A stretch of DNA of 64,000 nt from positions 647,648-711,647 of the forward strand of contig NZ_JAPLET010000022.1 in the NCBI RefSeq assembly GCF_026391055.1, written 5' to 3'. Within the stretch, counting starts at the first letter, position 1. Each line of letters opens with the position of its first letter. This DNA is from Spirosoma sp. (lineage in GTDB: Bacteria > Bacteroidota > Bacteroidia > Cytophagales > Spirosomataceae). Positions 9,547 through 19,614 of the stretch are shown here, one piece after another. A program made the translations under genes and the position numbers. The notes under the pieces were generated by a model. It was not told the origin of the DNA. It did no database searches and saw only the letters and a list, made by a program, of their open reading frames with translations.

Positions 9547-10761
9547 CTACAGTTTTAACCGTACGCCTACCCTGTTCAACAGGCCCGTTATCCAGACACA
9601 GAGCAGTGCGAACAGGAATGATTTTAACAAACCGATTCCGCCGGTCAGTAACGCATCGGGAAGGTGAAGGTTTAACAGCGTGGTAAATGCGTAAGCAAAG
9701 TAGGGAATCAGGTAGCAGAGCAGGGTATCCGTTCCGGCGGGTTTTATGAAGTTGAATTTGCGGGCATTTCCTTCCTTGTCTACCAGCCAGTAGATCGCCA
9801 GAAACGCAAGCATGGTAAAGGCGCTACATAAAAAAAGCCAGGCTGGCGTAGCGCCCAGCTTACTCAGCCCCCAAAACGTTCGGGTGTATATGGATACCCC
9901 AATTAATAAGACAGCCGCCAGCAGAAAAATGAGTGTCATCCGCTTATGATTAGCTTGCCCCCGGAAGTAGTCAAAGAGCGTAGACACCACAACGCCCCCC
10001 ATCGTGAGCCCTACTAGCGTACCTCCCCGTATAGCACTGGGAATAAACGAAAGAGCTTCGGGAAGCAGATCGGCTGCGGATACCATACTCAGAATGCTGA
10101 AGCCAACCCAGGCCGCCAGTAAAATACTGATTCGATTCCGGGCAAATATGGTTACCAGGGCTGCGGCCAGATACGACCAGCCGATTAAACCCAAGATTCC
10201 CCACCAGTGCGTCGCAAACCGCTTTTCCTCTTCTCCCCGGTATACGAAAGCCAGTAGGATGAGCGTGGCAACAGCTACGCCTTTGGCGACGGCAACTACC
10301 CATTTGGCCGTTGTTCTGGGATAGGCGTTCCAGAGCAGAATAAACGACCCGCACGACAGTACATTCCATACGAGCCGGTTGATCCCCGTTGCCTTTTCGT
10401 CGATTGACTCCCCATTGACCAGAAAGACGCCCATCACCAGTAAGGCAATTGAACGCATGACAACGTGGCTCATGAGGGCGCTATTCGTATCGCCTTTCTG
10501 CCGTCGGGCATTCATTGCGAACGGCAGCGACATACCCACGATGAACAGAAACCCAGGAAAGACAACGTCCGCCAATCCAATCCCGTCAACACCCTGGGGC
10601 ACGTGTTCCAGCCAGTCGGGGATAGCGGTCAGCGACCAGAGATCATTGACAAAAATCATCAGAATCATGGTCATGGCCCGGATAATATCGATGGCATCGA
10701 CCCGCATGGATACGGTAGATGATCGGTAAGCCTGGCGATCGGCGGTTTCCAGCTGTGTCAT
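9547..10761 (-). CDS. Polytopic membrane protein, HGSNAT / DUF5009-DUF1624 acyltransferase-like
   Basis: 404-aa ORF with about 11 hydrophobic helices. N-terminal 'RVDAIDIIRAMTMILMIFVND' is typical of heparan-alpha-glucosaminide N-acetyltransferase-like proteins. Confidence 0.68.
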   Translation of the reverse strand: MTQLETADRQAYRSSTVSMRVDAIDIIRAMTMILMIFVNDLWSLTAIPDWLEHVPQGVDGIGLADVVFPGFLFIVGMSLPFAMNARRQKGDTNSALMSHVVMRSIALLVMGVFLVNGESIDEKATGINRLVWNVLSCGSFILLWNAYPRTTAKWVVAVAKGVAVATLILLAFVYRGEEEKRFATHWWGILGLIGWSYLAAALVTIFARNRISILLAAWVGFSILSMVSAADLLPEALSFIPSAIRGGTLVGLTMGGVVVSTLFDYFRGQANHKRMTLIFLLAAVLLIGVSIYTRTFWGLSKLGATPAWLFLCSAFTMLAFLAIYWLVDKEGNARKFNFIKPAGTDTLLCYLIPYFAYAFTTLLNLHLPDALLTGGIGLLKSFLFALLCVWITGLLNRVGVRLKL

Positions 10762-10792
10762 AGGTGTTTGCGTACATTTCGGGGCACGGCAT

Positions 10793-10840
10793 AAAAAACG
10801 AGAAAGGCCCGATAATCTACCGGGCCTTTCTCGTTTTTTA
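10793..10840 (-). terminator. Rho-independent terminator after the M61 peptidase gene
   Basis: Perfect 13-bp stem CGAGAAAGGCCCG / CGGGCCTTTCTCG (10799-10811 / 10821-10833) flanked by an A-run and a T-run. Confidence 0.78.
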
Positions 10841-10888
10841 TGCGCTATCTACTGTCAACGCGTCGAACCGTCGACACTCCTCGTGTTA

Positions 10889-12745
10889 TCAGTTAATATA
10901 CAACCATTTCGCATACAACGCTTTTTGGGCGGCTGTCTGGTTGCTCAATGGTTCGATCCGGTAACTGGCCAATGGGTTTTGGGTGAGGGTAACGGGTAGT
11001 TCGCGAAGTTGACCCGCCCGGTTAACCAGCACAAGCAATTTATCGCCCACCCGACGGCCGCTGACAAACCGCAGCAGATCATCGCCAACCCGGAACCCGT
11101 CTACCGAAATAACTTCATCACCTACATTCAGGCCATCCCGGTAAGCCGCCGACCCGCGCCGAACGGATGAAATGGTCGCTTTTCCGTTTGCCATCGTCGT
11201 GGCAGCGCCAAGAAAACCATCCTGCGTTCTGGCCGCTACGTTGATCAACTGCATACCCACCGGCTCAAAGTACGCATTGTAATTAATTGGTTCGGCACTG
11301 TTAACTCCGATGTTAAAAAAGTTATCGAGTTTACGACCGGCCACCTGTTCGGCCGCTTTACGAAACTCATCGTCCGTAAACCCACGTTTCTGTTTTTTGT
11401 AGTATTCCGTATACAGGAGACGCATCAGATCGTCCATATTGCGCTCACCGTTGCTTCCACCTAGAATAGCCAGATTCAGCAATGTTCCAAGCACACTGCC
11501 TTTGCTGTAATACGAAATTGTGGTGTTGCTGGAGTTTTCATTGGGCCGGTACCCTTTGATCCAGGCATCCCAACTGGACTCAGCCGCCGATTGCACCCGC
11601 GTACCGGGCTGGTTCTCAATATCAGTTATGCTGCTAGCCACCAGATTGAGGTAGGATTCGGGCGAGTGAAAACCCGCTCTTCGCAGGATATATTCCTGAT
11701 AGAACGACGTGCAGCCTTCCGACAGCCAAAGCATGTGCGTGTAATTCTCATTCTCATAATCGAACGGGCCCAGCGCAACGGGACGAATCCGTTTTACATT
11801 CCAGAGGTGAAAATACTCGTGGGCTACCAGCGACAGAAACCGCTTGTAGTTGGCTTCGGTGGCGTAGGCATTACGGGTCGTTTCGAGGGTTGTGGAGTTC
11901 AGGTGTTCGAGACCTCCCCCACCCGGCGGAATGTGATGAACGATAAAGGTGTAATGTTTGCAGGGGTGCTCGCCAACGACGGTTGCGGCTGCTTCGCAAA
12001 CCCGCTTATAATCGGCCGCCAGTTGCTTCTCATTATAATTTACATCGCCAAACATAGATACCGAATGCGGAACATTCGACGCCGTGAAGGTGAACGTAGC
12101 ATGATTACCAATCTCAATGGGTGAATCGACCAGAATATCGAAATCGGCCGCTTCGTACGTATACGACTGACCAGCAACGGGTTCTAGGCCTGTCGCCACG
12201 TTTTTCCAGTCTTTGTACGGTTGTACAACTACGCGCAGCGGAATATTTTTCAGTGCATCGTGGTACATGAACACACCTGCGGGGGTTACGTAACCGTGGT
12301 CGGCATCAACAAAACTCGTCCGAACGGTCAGCTCATTGGCATACACCCGGTACTTGATGGTCAGGTTATCGTCGGTCGACTGGACACGCCAGGCATTTTT
12401 CCGGATTTTTTCGCTGGGAACCGTCTTACCGCCAGCCGATGCCGTAAACGCTTCTACATTTTTGGCGTATTCACGAATCAGGTAAGAACCGGGGGTCCAA
12501 ACCGGCATTTTGATGTCTACATAGCCATTTTTCTTCGCATTGGTGGCAGCGGCCACATTCTTCAATTGCATTTCCACCTCGAAATAATGCGTCTGCGGCT
12601 CAGGCATCGAGAGCACATACGTTACGGTAGGCGCGGCTGCCGGTGGGTTTTCTTCGTCGGCAAGTGTAGGGGTAGCAGTTGATGAAAATGGAGTGAAAAA
12701 TGTCCAGACAGTAAGTAAATACAGAAGCCGGGCGTTTTTTTTCAT
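10889..12745 (-). CDS. M61 glycyl aminopeptidase-family metallopeptidase with C-terminal PDZ domain
   Basis: HExxH in 'VAHEYFHLWNVKR'; PDZ-like 'GLNVGDEVISVDGFRV'. Likely start is MKKNARLLYLLTVW (signal peptide) at 12745 rather than the ORF-track start at 12832. Confidence 0.9.
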   Translation of the reverse strand: MKKNARLLYLLTVWTFFTPFSSTATPTLADEENPPAAAPTVTYVLSMPEPQTHYFEVEMQLKNVAAATNAKKNGYVDIKMPVWTPGSYLIREYAKNVEAFTASAGGKTVPSEKIRKNAWRVQSTDDNLTIKYRVYANELTVRTSFVDADHGYVTPAGVFMYHDALKNIPLRVVVQPYKDWKNVATGLEPVAGQSYTYEAADFDILVDSPIEIGNHATFTFTASNVPHSVSMFGDVNYNEKQLAADYKRVCEAAATVVGEHPCKHYTFIVHHIPPGGGGLEHLNSTTLETTRNAYATEANYKRFLSLVAHEYFHLWNVKRIRPVALGPFDYENENYTHMLWLSEGCTSFYQEYILRRAGFHSPESYLNLVASSITDIENQPGTRVQSAAESSWDAWIKGYRPNENSSNTTISYYSKGSVLGTLLNLAILGGSNGERNMDDLMRLLYTEYYKKQKRGFTDDEFRKAAEQVAGRKLDNFFNIGVNSAEPINYNAYFEPVGMQLINVAARTQDGFLGAATTMANGKATISSVRRGSAAYRDGLNVGDEVISVDGFRVGDDLLRFVSGRRVGDKLLVLVNRAGQLRELPVTLTQNPLASYRIEPLSNQTAAQKALYAKWLYIN

Positions 12746-12996
12746 ACGGAAACAGGAATACCTTCGTTTTTTGTCCAGATTTGACGTGATATTTGTCAAT
12801 TTGTCGGCGAAACTACGACTCAAATCAGACAAAAAGTAGTTTCAGGGCCAATGTTTCCTGTTTGATCGGGACCACCCGAGGGTACGTTTCTTTTCGGCCG
12901 TACGTTAAACTTGCCACATCGACCCGGAACCATTGAACCAATTTTTGCTCTATGCCCTATTCAACCACCCAAACGGGTCACTACCAATTTTCCAGC

Positions 12997-15900
12997 ATGG
13001 TCTTTAATCGGTTGCTGTTTACGCTGGCCCTTGGGTTGCTGGCTACCCTATCGGCTTCGGCCCAGCGCACCCAAAGTAATGTTGAACCCGATTACCACTA
13101 CCGGAATGGACTCGAACTCTTCGAGAAAGCCAATTATGCCGCTGCCCGCTACGAATTTAGGCAATACCTGGAACCCCGGCGGGGCGATGGTGCCAAATCG
13201 CTATTGAACACCAGTGATCAAAATGCTGTGGAAGCCGAATACTACATCGCCCTGACGAGTCTTTACATCGACGAACCGGGAGCCGAGCTTTTAGTTGACC
13301 GCTTCGTTAAGAACAACAGCCAGCACCCCAAAGCAGGACAACTTTACGGCGATCTGGGGACCTACTACTATAACCGCCAGGACTACACCAAAGCTATCGA
13401 CTTTTTGGAAAAAGCCATCCGGCAGGGAGGCAGTTCAGCACAGCAGTCGGGCTACAAATACCAGTTGGCGCTCTCGTACTACAACACGCAGAATCTGCAA
13501 AAGGCCCTGCCCCTGCTGAACGAAATTAAAGTTGACCCCAACTCACCCAATGCACCGGCCGCATCGTACTATGCCGGGACTATTAACTTCCGGAACAAGA
13601 ACTTCAACGAAGCGGTCGCCGATTTTCGTCGGATCGAAAACAACCCAACCTACCAAAATCAGGTACCAAACTGGATTGCCCAGTCGCTTTACCGTCAACG
13701 TCGGTACGACGATTTGCTGGCCTATACCGAGCCGCTGCTCAAGCGAAACAATGGAGCAGGGATGAACGAAGTGGCCCTGTTCACGGCGGAAGTGTTTTAC
13801 CAGCAAAACCAGTTTGCGAGGGCTATACCCTATTATAAGTCGTACGTAAACACCGCGGGTGCCAAAGCACCCGGAGCAGTTAAGTTTCGGTATGGTCAAT
13901 CGCTGTTCCGCACGGGTGCTTATAACGACGCCATCGCACAGCTAAAGACACTGGCGGGCGGAAAAGATACGACCGCTCAATATGCAGCGTATACCCTGGG
14001 CGTCAGCTACTTACAAACCCAAAACCCAACGTATGCCCTGAACGCCTTTGATCAGGCAGGACGGTTATCGTTTAACCGGGAGATTCAGGAAGAAGCGCGT
14101 TTTAACCACGCCAAACTTCAGCTCGACCAGAACAACGGGGCCGATGCCGTGAAAGAGCTGACTGCCTTTCTGAAGCAATACCCCGATAGTAAGTTCGAAA
14201 ATGAAGCGAATGAACTGGTTGGCGAAGCCTATTTTGCTTCCAACAATTACCCGGCTGCTATCGCTTACATTGAAGGGCTGAAACGCCGGACACCGAAAAT
14301 TAACGCGACTTACCAGCGGCTCACCTACAACCAGGGGATTAACGATTTCAACGCCGAACGGTACCAGCAGGCAGTTGCCAACTTCGATAAGTCGCTGAAA
14401 TATCCCGTCGAGAATAGCCTCCAGCAGGCAGCCCAGTTCTGGAAAGCGGAATCGTACTCGGCGGGCAAACAGTATGATACGGCCATCCCCCTTTATGCCA
14501 GCATTTCCAAATCGGGCGGGGCAGATACGTACGCGACCAAGAGTCTGTACGGCCTCGGATACGCCTATTTCAACAAAAAAGACTACACCCGCGCCCTGCC
14601 TTACTTTCGGGATTTTGTAAGTCGGGGGGGCGATGCTGATGACAGAGTTCAGGTTCAGGATGCGACTATCCGGCTGGCCGATACGTACTTTGCAACGAAA
14701 CAGTACGAAAATGCCCTTCGGTCTTACGAACAGGCCATTGCGCAGAATGCCCCGGATAAAGATTATGCTTCCTACCAGAAGGCGGTGATTCTGAGTTATG
14801 TTGGTCGGGATGCGGAAGCCAAAGCCCAGTTTGACCAAGTGCAGCGGCAATACCCGAATTCCCGCTTCGTGGATGAATCGCTGTTCCAGAAAGCGAATGT
14901 CGACTTCGAGAAAGGTTCGTATCAGGTAGCCATCCAGGGATTTACCAAGTTGATTCAGGACAAGCCAAACAGTGCACTTATTCCGGCTGCTTTGCTGAAA
15001 CGCGCGATTGCCTACGGAAACCTGCAACAGTACGATCCGGCAGTGGCCGATTACAAACGTATTCTGGACAACTATGGCGAGTCTGACCAGGCGCAGAGTG
15101 CCCTGCTCGGTATTCAGAATACCCTCAATGATGCTGGTCGGCCGGAGGAGTTCTCGCAGGTGCTGGGCCAGTATAAGAAAGGGAATCCAGGCAGCACGGA
15201 TGTTGAGCGGGTTCAGTTCGAAAACGCCCGGAATATTTACGCCAGTGGTAAATACGATCAGGCTATACAATCGTTCCTGAACTTCATGCAGGAGTACCCG
15301 GCCAGTCCAAATACCAATCAGGCCCGGTATTATGTGGCAGAATCCTACCGCCAAACCAACGATGTGGCAAATGCTCTCCGGTATTACAACCTGGTGATTG
15401 CCGATAACAAGTCGGATTACCTGGTTCGGGCCGCTACACGGGCCGCGGAACTGGAAGTTAAACAGAAAAATTATGGCCGCGCGGTTCGTAACTACCAACT
15501 TATCCAGAGCCGGGCTGGCAGCAAGGCAGAGCAGGTTACGGCTCAGCTAGGGCTGATGGATACGTATTTCGTGTACCCGAAACTGGATTCGGCAGCGATT
15601 GTCGCCCGCGAGATTGCGGCTGGTGGCAATGTAGTTGCGGGCGCTCAGAATCGGGCTCAGTTAATGCTCGGAAAAGTAGCCCTTAGCCGGAATGATTACA
15701 AAACCGCTCAGGGTGACTTCGATAAAACGATTGCCCTTGCCAAAGATATTTATGGAGCCGAAGCCCAGTATTATCTCGGCGAAATCCTGTACCGCCAGAA
15801 AAAGTACAAAGAGTCGGTAGCGACGCTGTTGAAATTTAACGAACAGTTCAGTGATTTTGAGTACTGGAAAGGCAAAGCGTTTATTCTGGTTTCTGACAAT

Positions 15901-16026
15901 AACGTCGCCCTGGATGAACCGGCCCAGGCCAAAGCCGTTTTGAACTCCATTATTGAAAATTCATCCGACGAAGCCATCGTTACCGAAGCTAAGCAAAAGC
16001 TGGCAACGCTGGATTCTAAAAATTAA
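12997..16026 (+). CDS. Large exported tetratricopeptide-repeat (TPR) protein
   Basis: About 1009 aa counted from MVFNRLLFTLALGLLATLSASAQ (the ORF track starts at 12952). Repeated TPR-like 'A...Y..G..Y......Y..A' units run the whole length. Confidence 0.85.
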   Translation: MVFNRLLFTLALGLLATLSASAQRTQSNVEPDYHYRNGLELFEKANYAAARYEFRQYLEPRRGDGAKSLLNTSDQNAVEAEYYIALTSLYIDEPGAELLVDRFVKNNSQHPKAGQLYGDLGTYYYNRQDYTKAIDFLEKAIRQGGSSAQQSGYKYQLALSYYNTQNLQKALPLLNEIKVDPNSPNAPAASYYAGTINFRNKNFNEAVADFRRIENNPTYQNQVPNWIAQSLYRQRRYDDLLAYTEPLLKRNNGAGMNEVALFTAEVFYQQNQFARAIPYYKSYVNTAGAKAPGAVKFRYGQSLFRTGAYNDAIAQLKTLAGGKDTTAQYAAYTLGVSYLQTQNPTYALNAFDQAGRLSFNREIQEEARFNHAKLQLDQNNGADAVKELTAFLKQYPDSKFENEANELVGEAYFASNNYPAAIAYIEGLKRRTPKINATYQRLTYNQGINDFNAERYQQAVANFDKSLKYPVENSLQQAAQFWKAESYSAGKQYDTAIPLYASISKSGGADTYATKSLYGLGYAYFNKKDYTRALPYFRDFVSRGGDADDRVQVQDATIRLADTYFATKQYENALRSYEQAIAQNAPDKDYASYQKAVILSYVGRDAEAKAQFDQVQRQYPNSRFVDESLFQKANVDFEKGSYQVAIQGFTKLIQDKPNSALIPAALLKRAIAYGNLQQYDPAVADYKRILDNYGESDQAQSALLGIQNTLNDAGRPEEFSQVLGQYKKGNPGSTDVERVQFENARNIYASGKYDQAIQSFLNFMQEYPASPNTNQARYYVAESYRQTNDVANALRYYNLVIADNKSDYLVRAATRAAELEVKQKNYGRAVRNYQLIQSRAGSKAEQVTAQLGLMDTYFVYPKLDSAAIVAREIAAGGNVVAGAQNRAQLMLGKVALSRNDYKTAQGDFDKTIALAKDIYGAEAQYYLGEILYRQKKYKESVATLLKFNEQFSDFEYWKGKAFILVSDNNVALDEPAQAKAVLNSIIENSSDEAIVTEAKQKLATLDSKN

Positions 16027-16135
16027 TGAAGGGTGAAGAATGAAATTTGACTGGTAGCCAGGTAGACAGCTTCTTAAGAAACTACGTGGTTTTCACTATT
16101 CATGCTTCACTCTTCACTACTTTTCACTCTTCACT

Positions 16136-17812
16136 ATGATCGTACGTCCCCTACTCACCCTGACCCTGCTTTCCTTATCGGCAACGGTTTTTGCCCAGCA
16201 GCCCAAACGTCCTGTTAAGGAAGGCGAGGTGGACAATCAGGAAATTACCGTTGAAAAGAGCCGAAAGATTGACTTGCCCCCGGCCAATCGGATTTTCAAC
16301 AAGATTCCATCCAGCAAGCCTTCCGCCGAACAACGGAAGCTTACCTACGAATTTGAAGACCGAAAACTTACCGTTGGTGACCCACGGATTACGCCGGGGA
16401 TACTGGCGCCCACCCTCGGCCAGGCGGATGAAACACCAGCCTATACCAATTACGTCAAGCTGGGAGCGGGGAATTACAGTTCGTTTCTGGGAGAAGGATT
16501 TTTCGGGATTAACAACCAGTCAAATCTTGCACTCGAAGGATCTGCCCGACATTTATCGTCGGCGCTGGGACCGGTTGACGGCAAGAACTCGGCCCAAAGC
16601 GACACCCGCATTCGCGTGACCGGCAAATACTTGGCCGAAGCGTTCAAGCTACAGGCCGACCTTGGTTACGACCGTAACGCCTATAACTTCTACGGGTACA
16701 GCCGCGAGTATGCTGCCCAACCCTCTTTTAATGCCGACCTGATTAAACAACGGCTTAATACGGTCAACTTCAAGCTCGGCATTGAAAATACAAATTCAGA
16801 GAATTCCATTGACTACTCTCTGCGTACGGGAATCACCTCGTTAAAGGATCGCTTTAACGCATCCGAAACGGACTGGGGAACAAATCTGAATGCATCAGTA
16901 GGCATTTCCGATAACTTCTTTGCCTTACTTGCGGCCGATGCATTCGTAACGCAACGGTCCGATGGCTCTATTGTCGATAATCGAAACCTATTTCGGGTGA
17001 AGCCGACCTTTAAGTACACATCGCCGATGTTCACCGTCACCGCCGGTATCAATGCTGTCAATCAAACCGACCAGCGGCAGGGCATCAACGAGACACGCGC
17101 CTTTCCGGTCATTGACCTGGACGTCGTTCCATTTAGCAACGTTCACATTTTTGCAGGTGTCGATGGCGATATCAATCGAAACACGCTTCGATCGTTGTTA
17201 GGTGAGAATAAGTGGCTTGCGCCACAAGTGTTGCTGGTTAACACCGTTAAGTCTTGGGACATTTATGCTGGTTCAAAGGGAAATCTTGGGGGTGGCTTCT
17301 CGTATGAAGGAAAAGCGTCGTATGCCCGGTACAGGAACTTCTCGACCTTTAACAACACCATTCCGGACACGACCAAATTCTTTGTCCTGTATGATGGGGG
17401 CGTTTCTAATGTGCTGACTTTTTCGGGACAGCTGGGTTATGCCCAAAAAGACAAGTTCCGTTCGACACTCAAAGCCGATTACTTTAACTACAGTCTCGAT
17501 AGATTAGAAGCCGCCTGGGGGCGCCCTCAGGTAGCCGCCACCTGGAGCAACTCGTACATTCTGAATAAAAAATTATTTGTCACCGCTGATTTGTATTTTT
17601 ATCAGGGGATCAAAAACAAGAACTTCACCTCTGGGGCAGTCTATACGTTAAAACCCATTTATGACGCTAACCTGAAAATTGACTATTTCCTAGGAAAACA
17701 GATCTCGGCTTTTGTTGCGTTAAATAATATCTTCGGTCAGAACTACGAGCGGTATTTGTATTATCAGACCCAAGGGCTTAACTTTCTGGGAGGAATCAGC
17801 TATTCTTTTTAA
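16136..17812 (+). CDS. Outer-membrane beta-barrel protein (putative porin-like)
   Basis: 558-aa ORF. Signal peptide MIVRPLLTLTLLSLSATVFAQ. Alternating amphipathic strands rich in Y/G/N. C-terminal 'GGISYSF' has a terminal Phe. Confidence 0.7.
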   Translation: MIVRPLLTLTLLSLSATVFAQQPKRPVKEGEVDNQEITVEKSRKIDLPPANRIFNKIPSSKPSAEQRKLTYEFEDRKLTVGDPRITPGILAPTLGQADETPAYTNYVKLGAGNYSSFLGEGFFGINNQSNLALEGSARHLSSALGPVDGKNSAQSDTRIRVTGKYLAEAFKLQADLGYDRNAYNFYGYSREYAAQPSFNADLIKQRLNTVNFKLGIENTNSENSIDYSLRTGITSLKDRFNASETDWGTNLNASVGISDNFFALLAADAFVTQRSDGSIVDNRNLFRVKPTFKYTSPMFTVTAGINAVNQTDQRQGINETRAFPVIDLDVVPFSNVHIFAGVDGDINRNTLRSLLGENKWLAPQVLLVNTVKSWDIYAGSKGNLGGGFSYEGKASYARYRNFSTFNNTIPDTTKFFVLYDGGVSNVLTFSGQLGYAQKDKFRSTLKADYFNYSLDRLEAAWGRPQVAATWSNSYILNKKLFVTADLYFYQGIKNKNFTSGAVYTLKPIYDANLKIDYFLGKQISAFVALNNIFGQNYERYLYYQTQGLNFLGGISYSF

Positions 17813-17829
17813 TTTCACCGATAAGCACT

Positions 17830-18978
17830 ATGGCCGCCGTAAATGATTACCTCAAAAAGTTGCTGTATCAATACGACTGTGTTGTTGTTCCTGAGCTGGG
17901 GGCTTTCCTGACCCATTACCAGTCGGCAGCTTTTACGGAAGCCAGTGGTTTATACCTTCCTCCCCGCAAACGGGTTGCTTTTAACGAAGCACTCCGTTTC
18001 GACGATGGTATTCTTGCCAACTATATCATGTTGCATGAACCACTGACCCGAGAAGGGGCACAGCGGCACATCAGTCAGTTTGTTACTGAACTGCGTAAAC
18101 AGGTAGAAACGGCAGGTCGGTTCGAAATTGAAGGCATTGGTACATTTACCTGTAATGACGAAAATCGCCTGCAATTCGACCCGAGTTTCCGGCATAATTT
18201 CTTTGGTGAAGCGTACGGCATGAGTGCGGTATCAGCCCGTTTGGTTAACCGGAGCCCACAAGTTGAACCAGCACTCGAAGCGGTACCGGTTACAACTCTG
18301 GGACCCGTTCTGGTTCGTGAAGATGATACCACGCTGACGCCGTATCGCCCCGCACGAACCTACTGGCGTGCAGCCGCGATAGCTTTACTGGTTGGTTCGT
18401 TGGGAGCCTTCAGTTATTTCTCGGTTTTAAATCCGGGCCAGCCGTTTCAGAGTAGCTTGAACCCGGCCAACCTGATCCGGATTCCAGCTTCGCTGCTTGA
18501 CCGGTTCTCAACAAAAGCTATTGAAACAGTAACACCTGAAGCGCCTTCTTCATCCACTGAAGCAGCAAAGACAGTAACCACTGCTCTACCTGAACCAGCA
18601 TCTGCTGTTGCTACAGCGCCGACAACCCCGGCTCAACCCACTGCCGTCACTTCATCCGAAACGCTTAACGCTTCAGTAGAAGTGGCTCCGGTAGCAAAAG
18701 TAGCAAGTCAGCAGGTTGTCGAAACGGCTAAACCCGTTCGGACGGAACCCTACTATACCATTATTGCCGGTAGTTTTACCAGCAAACGAAATGCCCTGCG
18801 CCTTAAACGTCAACTCCGTAAAGCGGGTTATACCGATGCGTTTGTTATTGCGCCAGCCAGAAAGGGGCAGTTGTATAAAGTGGCCGCTGCCGGTTCGGCC
18901 GACCGGGATGAAGCGATTGCACACATGGCAGCCATTGACCAGCTGGCAGGTATCGAATCCTGGATTTATAAGAATTAA
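17830..18978 (+). CDS. HU-like (HU-CCDC81 type) N-domain / TM / Pro-Thr-Ala linker / C-terminal SPOR peptidoglycan-binding protein
   Basis: 382-aa ORF. 'VVVPELGAFLTHY' and 'FEIEGIGTFTCNDENRLQFDP' modules; TM segment 'AAAIALLVGSLGAFSYFSVL'. C-terminal SPOR-like 'YYTIIAGSFTSKRNALRLKRQLRKAGYTDAFV'. Confidence 0.8.
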   Translation: MAAVNDYLKKLLYQYDCVVVPELGAFLTHYQSAAFTEASGLYLPPRKRVAFNEALRFDDGILANYIMLHEPLTREGAQRHISQFVTELRKQVETAGRFEIEGIGTFTCNDENRLQFDPSFRHNFFGEAYGMSAVSARLVNRSPQVEPALEAVPVTTLGPVLVREDDTTLTPYRPARTYWRAAAIALLVGSLGAFSYFSVLNPGQPFQSSLNPANLIRIPASLLDRFSTKAIETVTPEAPSSSTEAAKTVTTALPEPASAVATAPTTPAQPTAVTSSETLNASVEVAPVAKVASQQVVETAKPVRTEPYYTIIAGSFTSKRNALRLKRQLRKAGYTDAFVIAPARKGQLYKVAAAGSADRDEAIAHMAAIDQLAGIESWIYKN

Positions 18979-19018
18979 TTGTAGCTAAAAGGCATCCAAT
19001 ATCCTTTTGGCTACTCAT

Positions 19019-19057
19019 AAAAGAAGAGACCACCTTGTTCGGTTGGTCTCTTCTTTT
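19019..19057. terminator. Bidirectional terminator between convergent genes
   Basis: AAAAGAAGAGACCA-ccttgttcgg-TGGTCTCTTCTTTT hairpin flanked by A and T runs. Confidence 0.75.
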
Positions 19058-19096
19058 ATATAATAAGTGTGTGGATAGACTGCCTATTTGCTAGCG

Positions 19097-19432
19097 TTAG
19101 GAAAGAACATTCATCAAAATGATAGCAAGATGAACGACTGTACTTAGCGCAAAGGCTGGAAATATATTTTTTACGGGCATGGCGGATAAAACCGGAACCA
19201 GTATGGCCAAAAAGCCGAACATGCTAACCAGAAATTGCCAGTCTCCCCCACCAAAATACGCCATCGTTAACAGAAGTACCGGCGATAGAATACAACCCTG
19301 AACAGCCATGGCGGTAATTGCCCAACCAATTCGATTGAATTCGGCTTTTTGCACGTAGCTGTTATAAGTAGTGAGCCAGTTTGATTCGGTTGAACTGGTA
19401 TAGGAAGTTGTTGAATGAGAAATCGTTGCCAT
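19097..19432 (-). CDS. Small membrane protein (hypothetical)
   Basis: About 111 aa counted from MATISHSTTS, with three hydrophobic helices. The longer ORF-track start at 19489 is less plausible. Confidence 0.45.
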   Translation of the reverse strand: MATISHSTTSYTSSTESNWLTTYNSYVQKAEFNRIGWAITAMAVQGCILSPVLLLTMAYFGGGDWQFLVSMFGFLAILVPVLSAMPVKNIFPAFALSTVVHLAIILMNVLS

Positions 19433-19530
19433 GATTAGTTGCGTCTGAATTATGACACAAAGTAAAGCCACGCTCGTCTGGGGCTGCATGAAGCCGATCA
19501 GCTGGCAATTTGATTATCATCAGAAGACGA

Positions 19531-19571
19531 ACTGACAAAAAACGGGGAAGTAGCGGTACCGCTACTTCCCC
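19531..19571 (-). terminator. Rho-independent terminator after acs
   Basis: 28-nt perfect palindrome GGGGAAGTAGCGGTACCGCTACTTCCCC, followed on the minus strand by GTTTTTTGT. Confidence 0.82.
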
Positions 19572-19614
19572 AACTCACTCCTTATGAAAACACAACCAAC
19601 TTTTCTACAGCATA

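Noticed and set aside
14065-15498. 477-aa ORF antisense to the TPR gene
   Set aside because: It lies entirely inside a well-supported plus-strand gene. Its translation is low-complexity (R/G/I/L-rich) with no motifs. This is a typical shadow ORF of a GC-biased codon frame.
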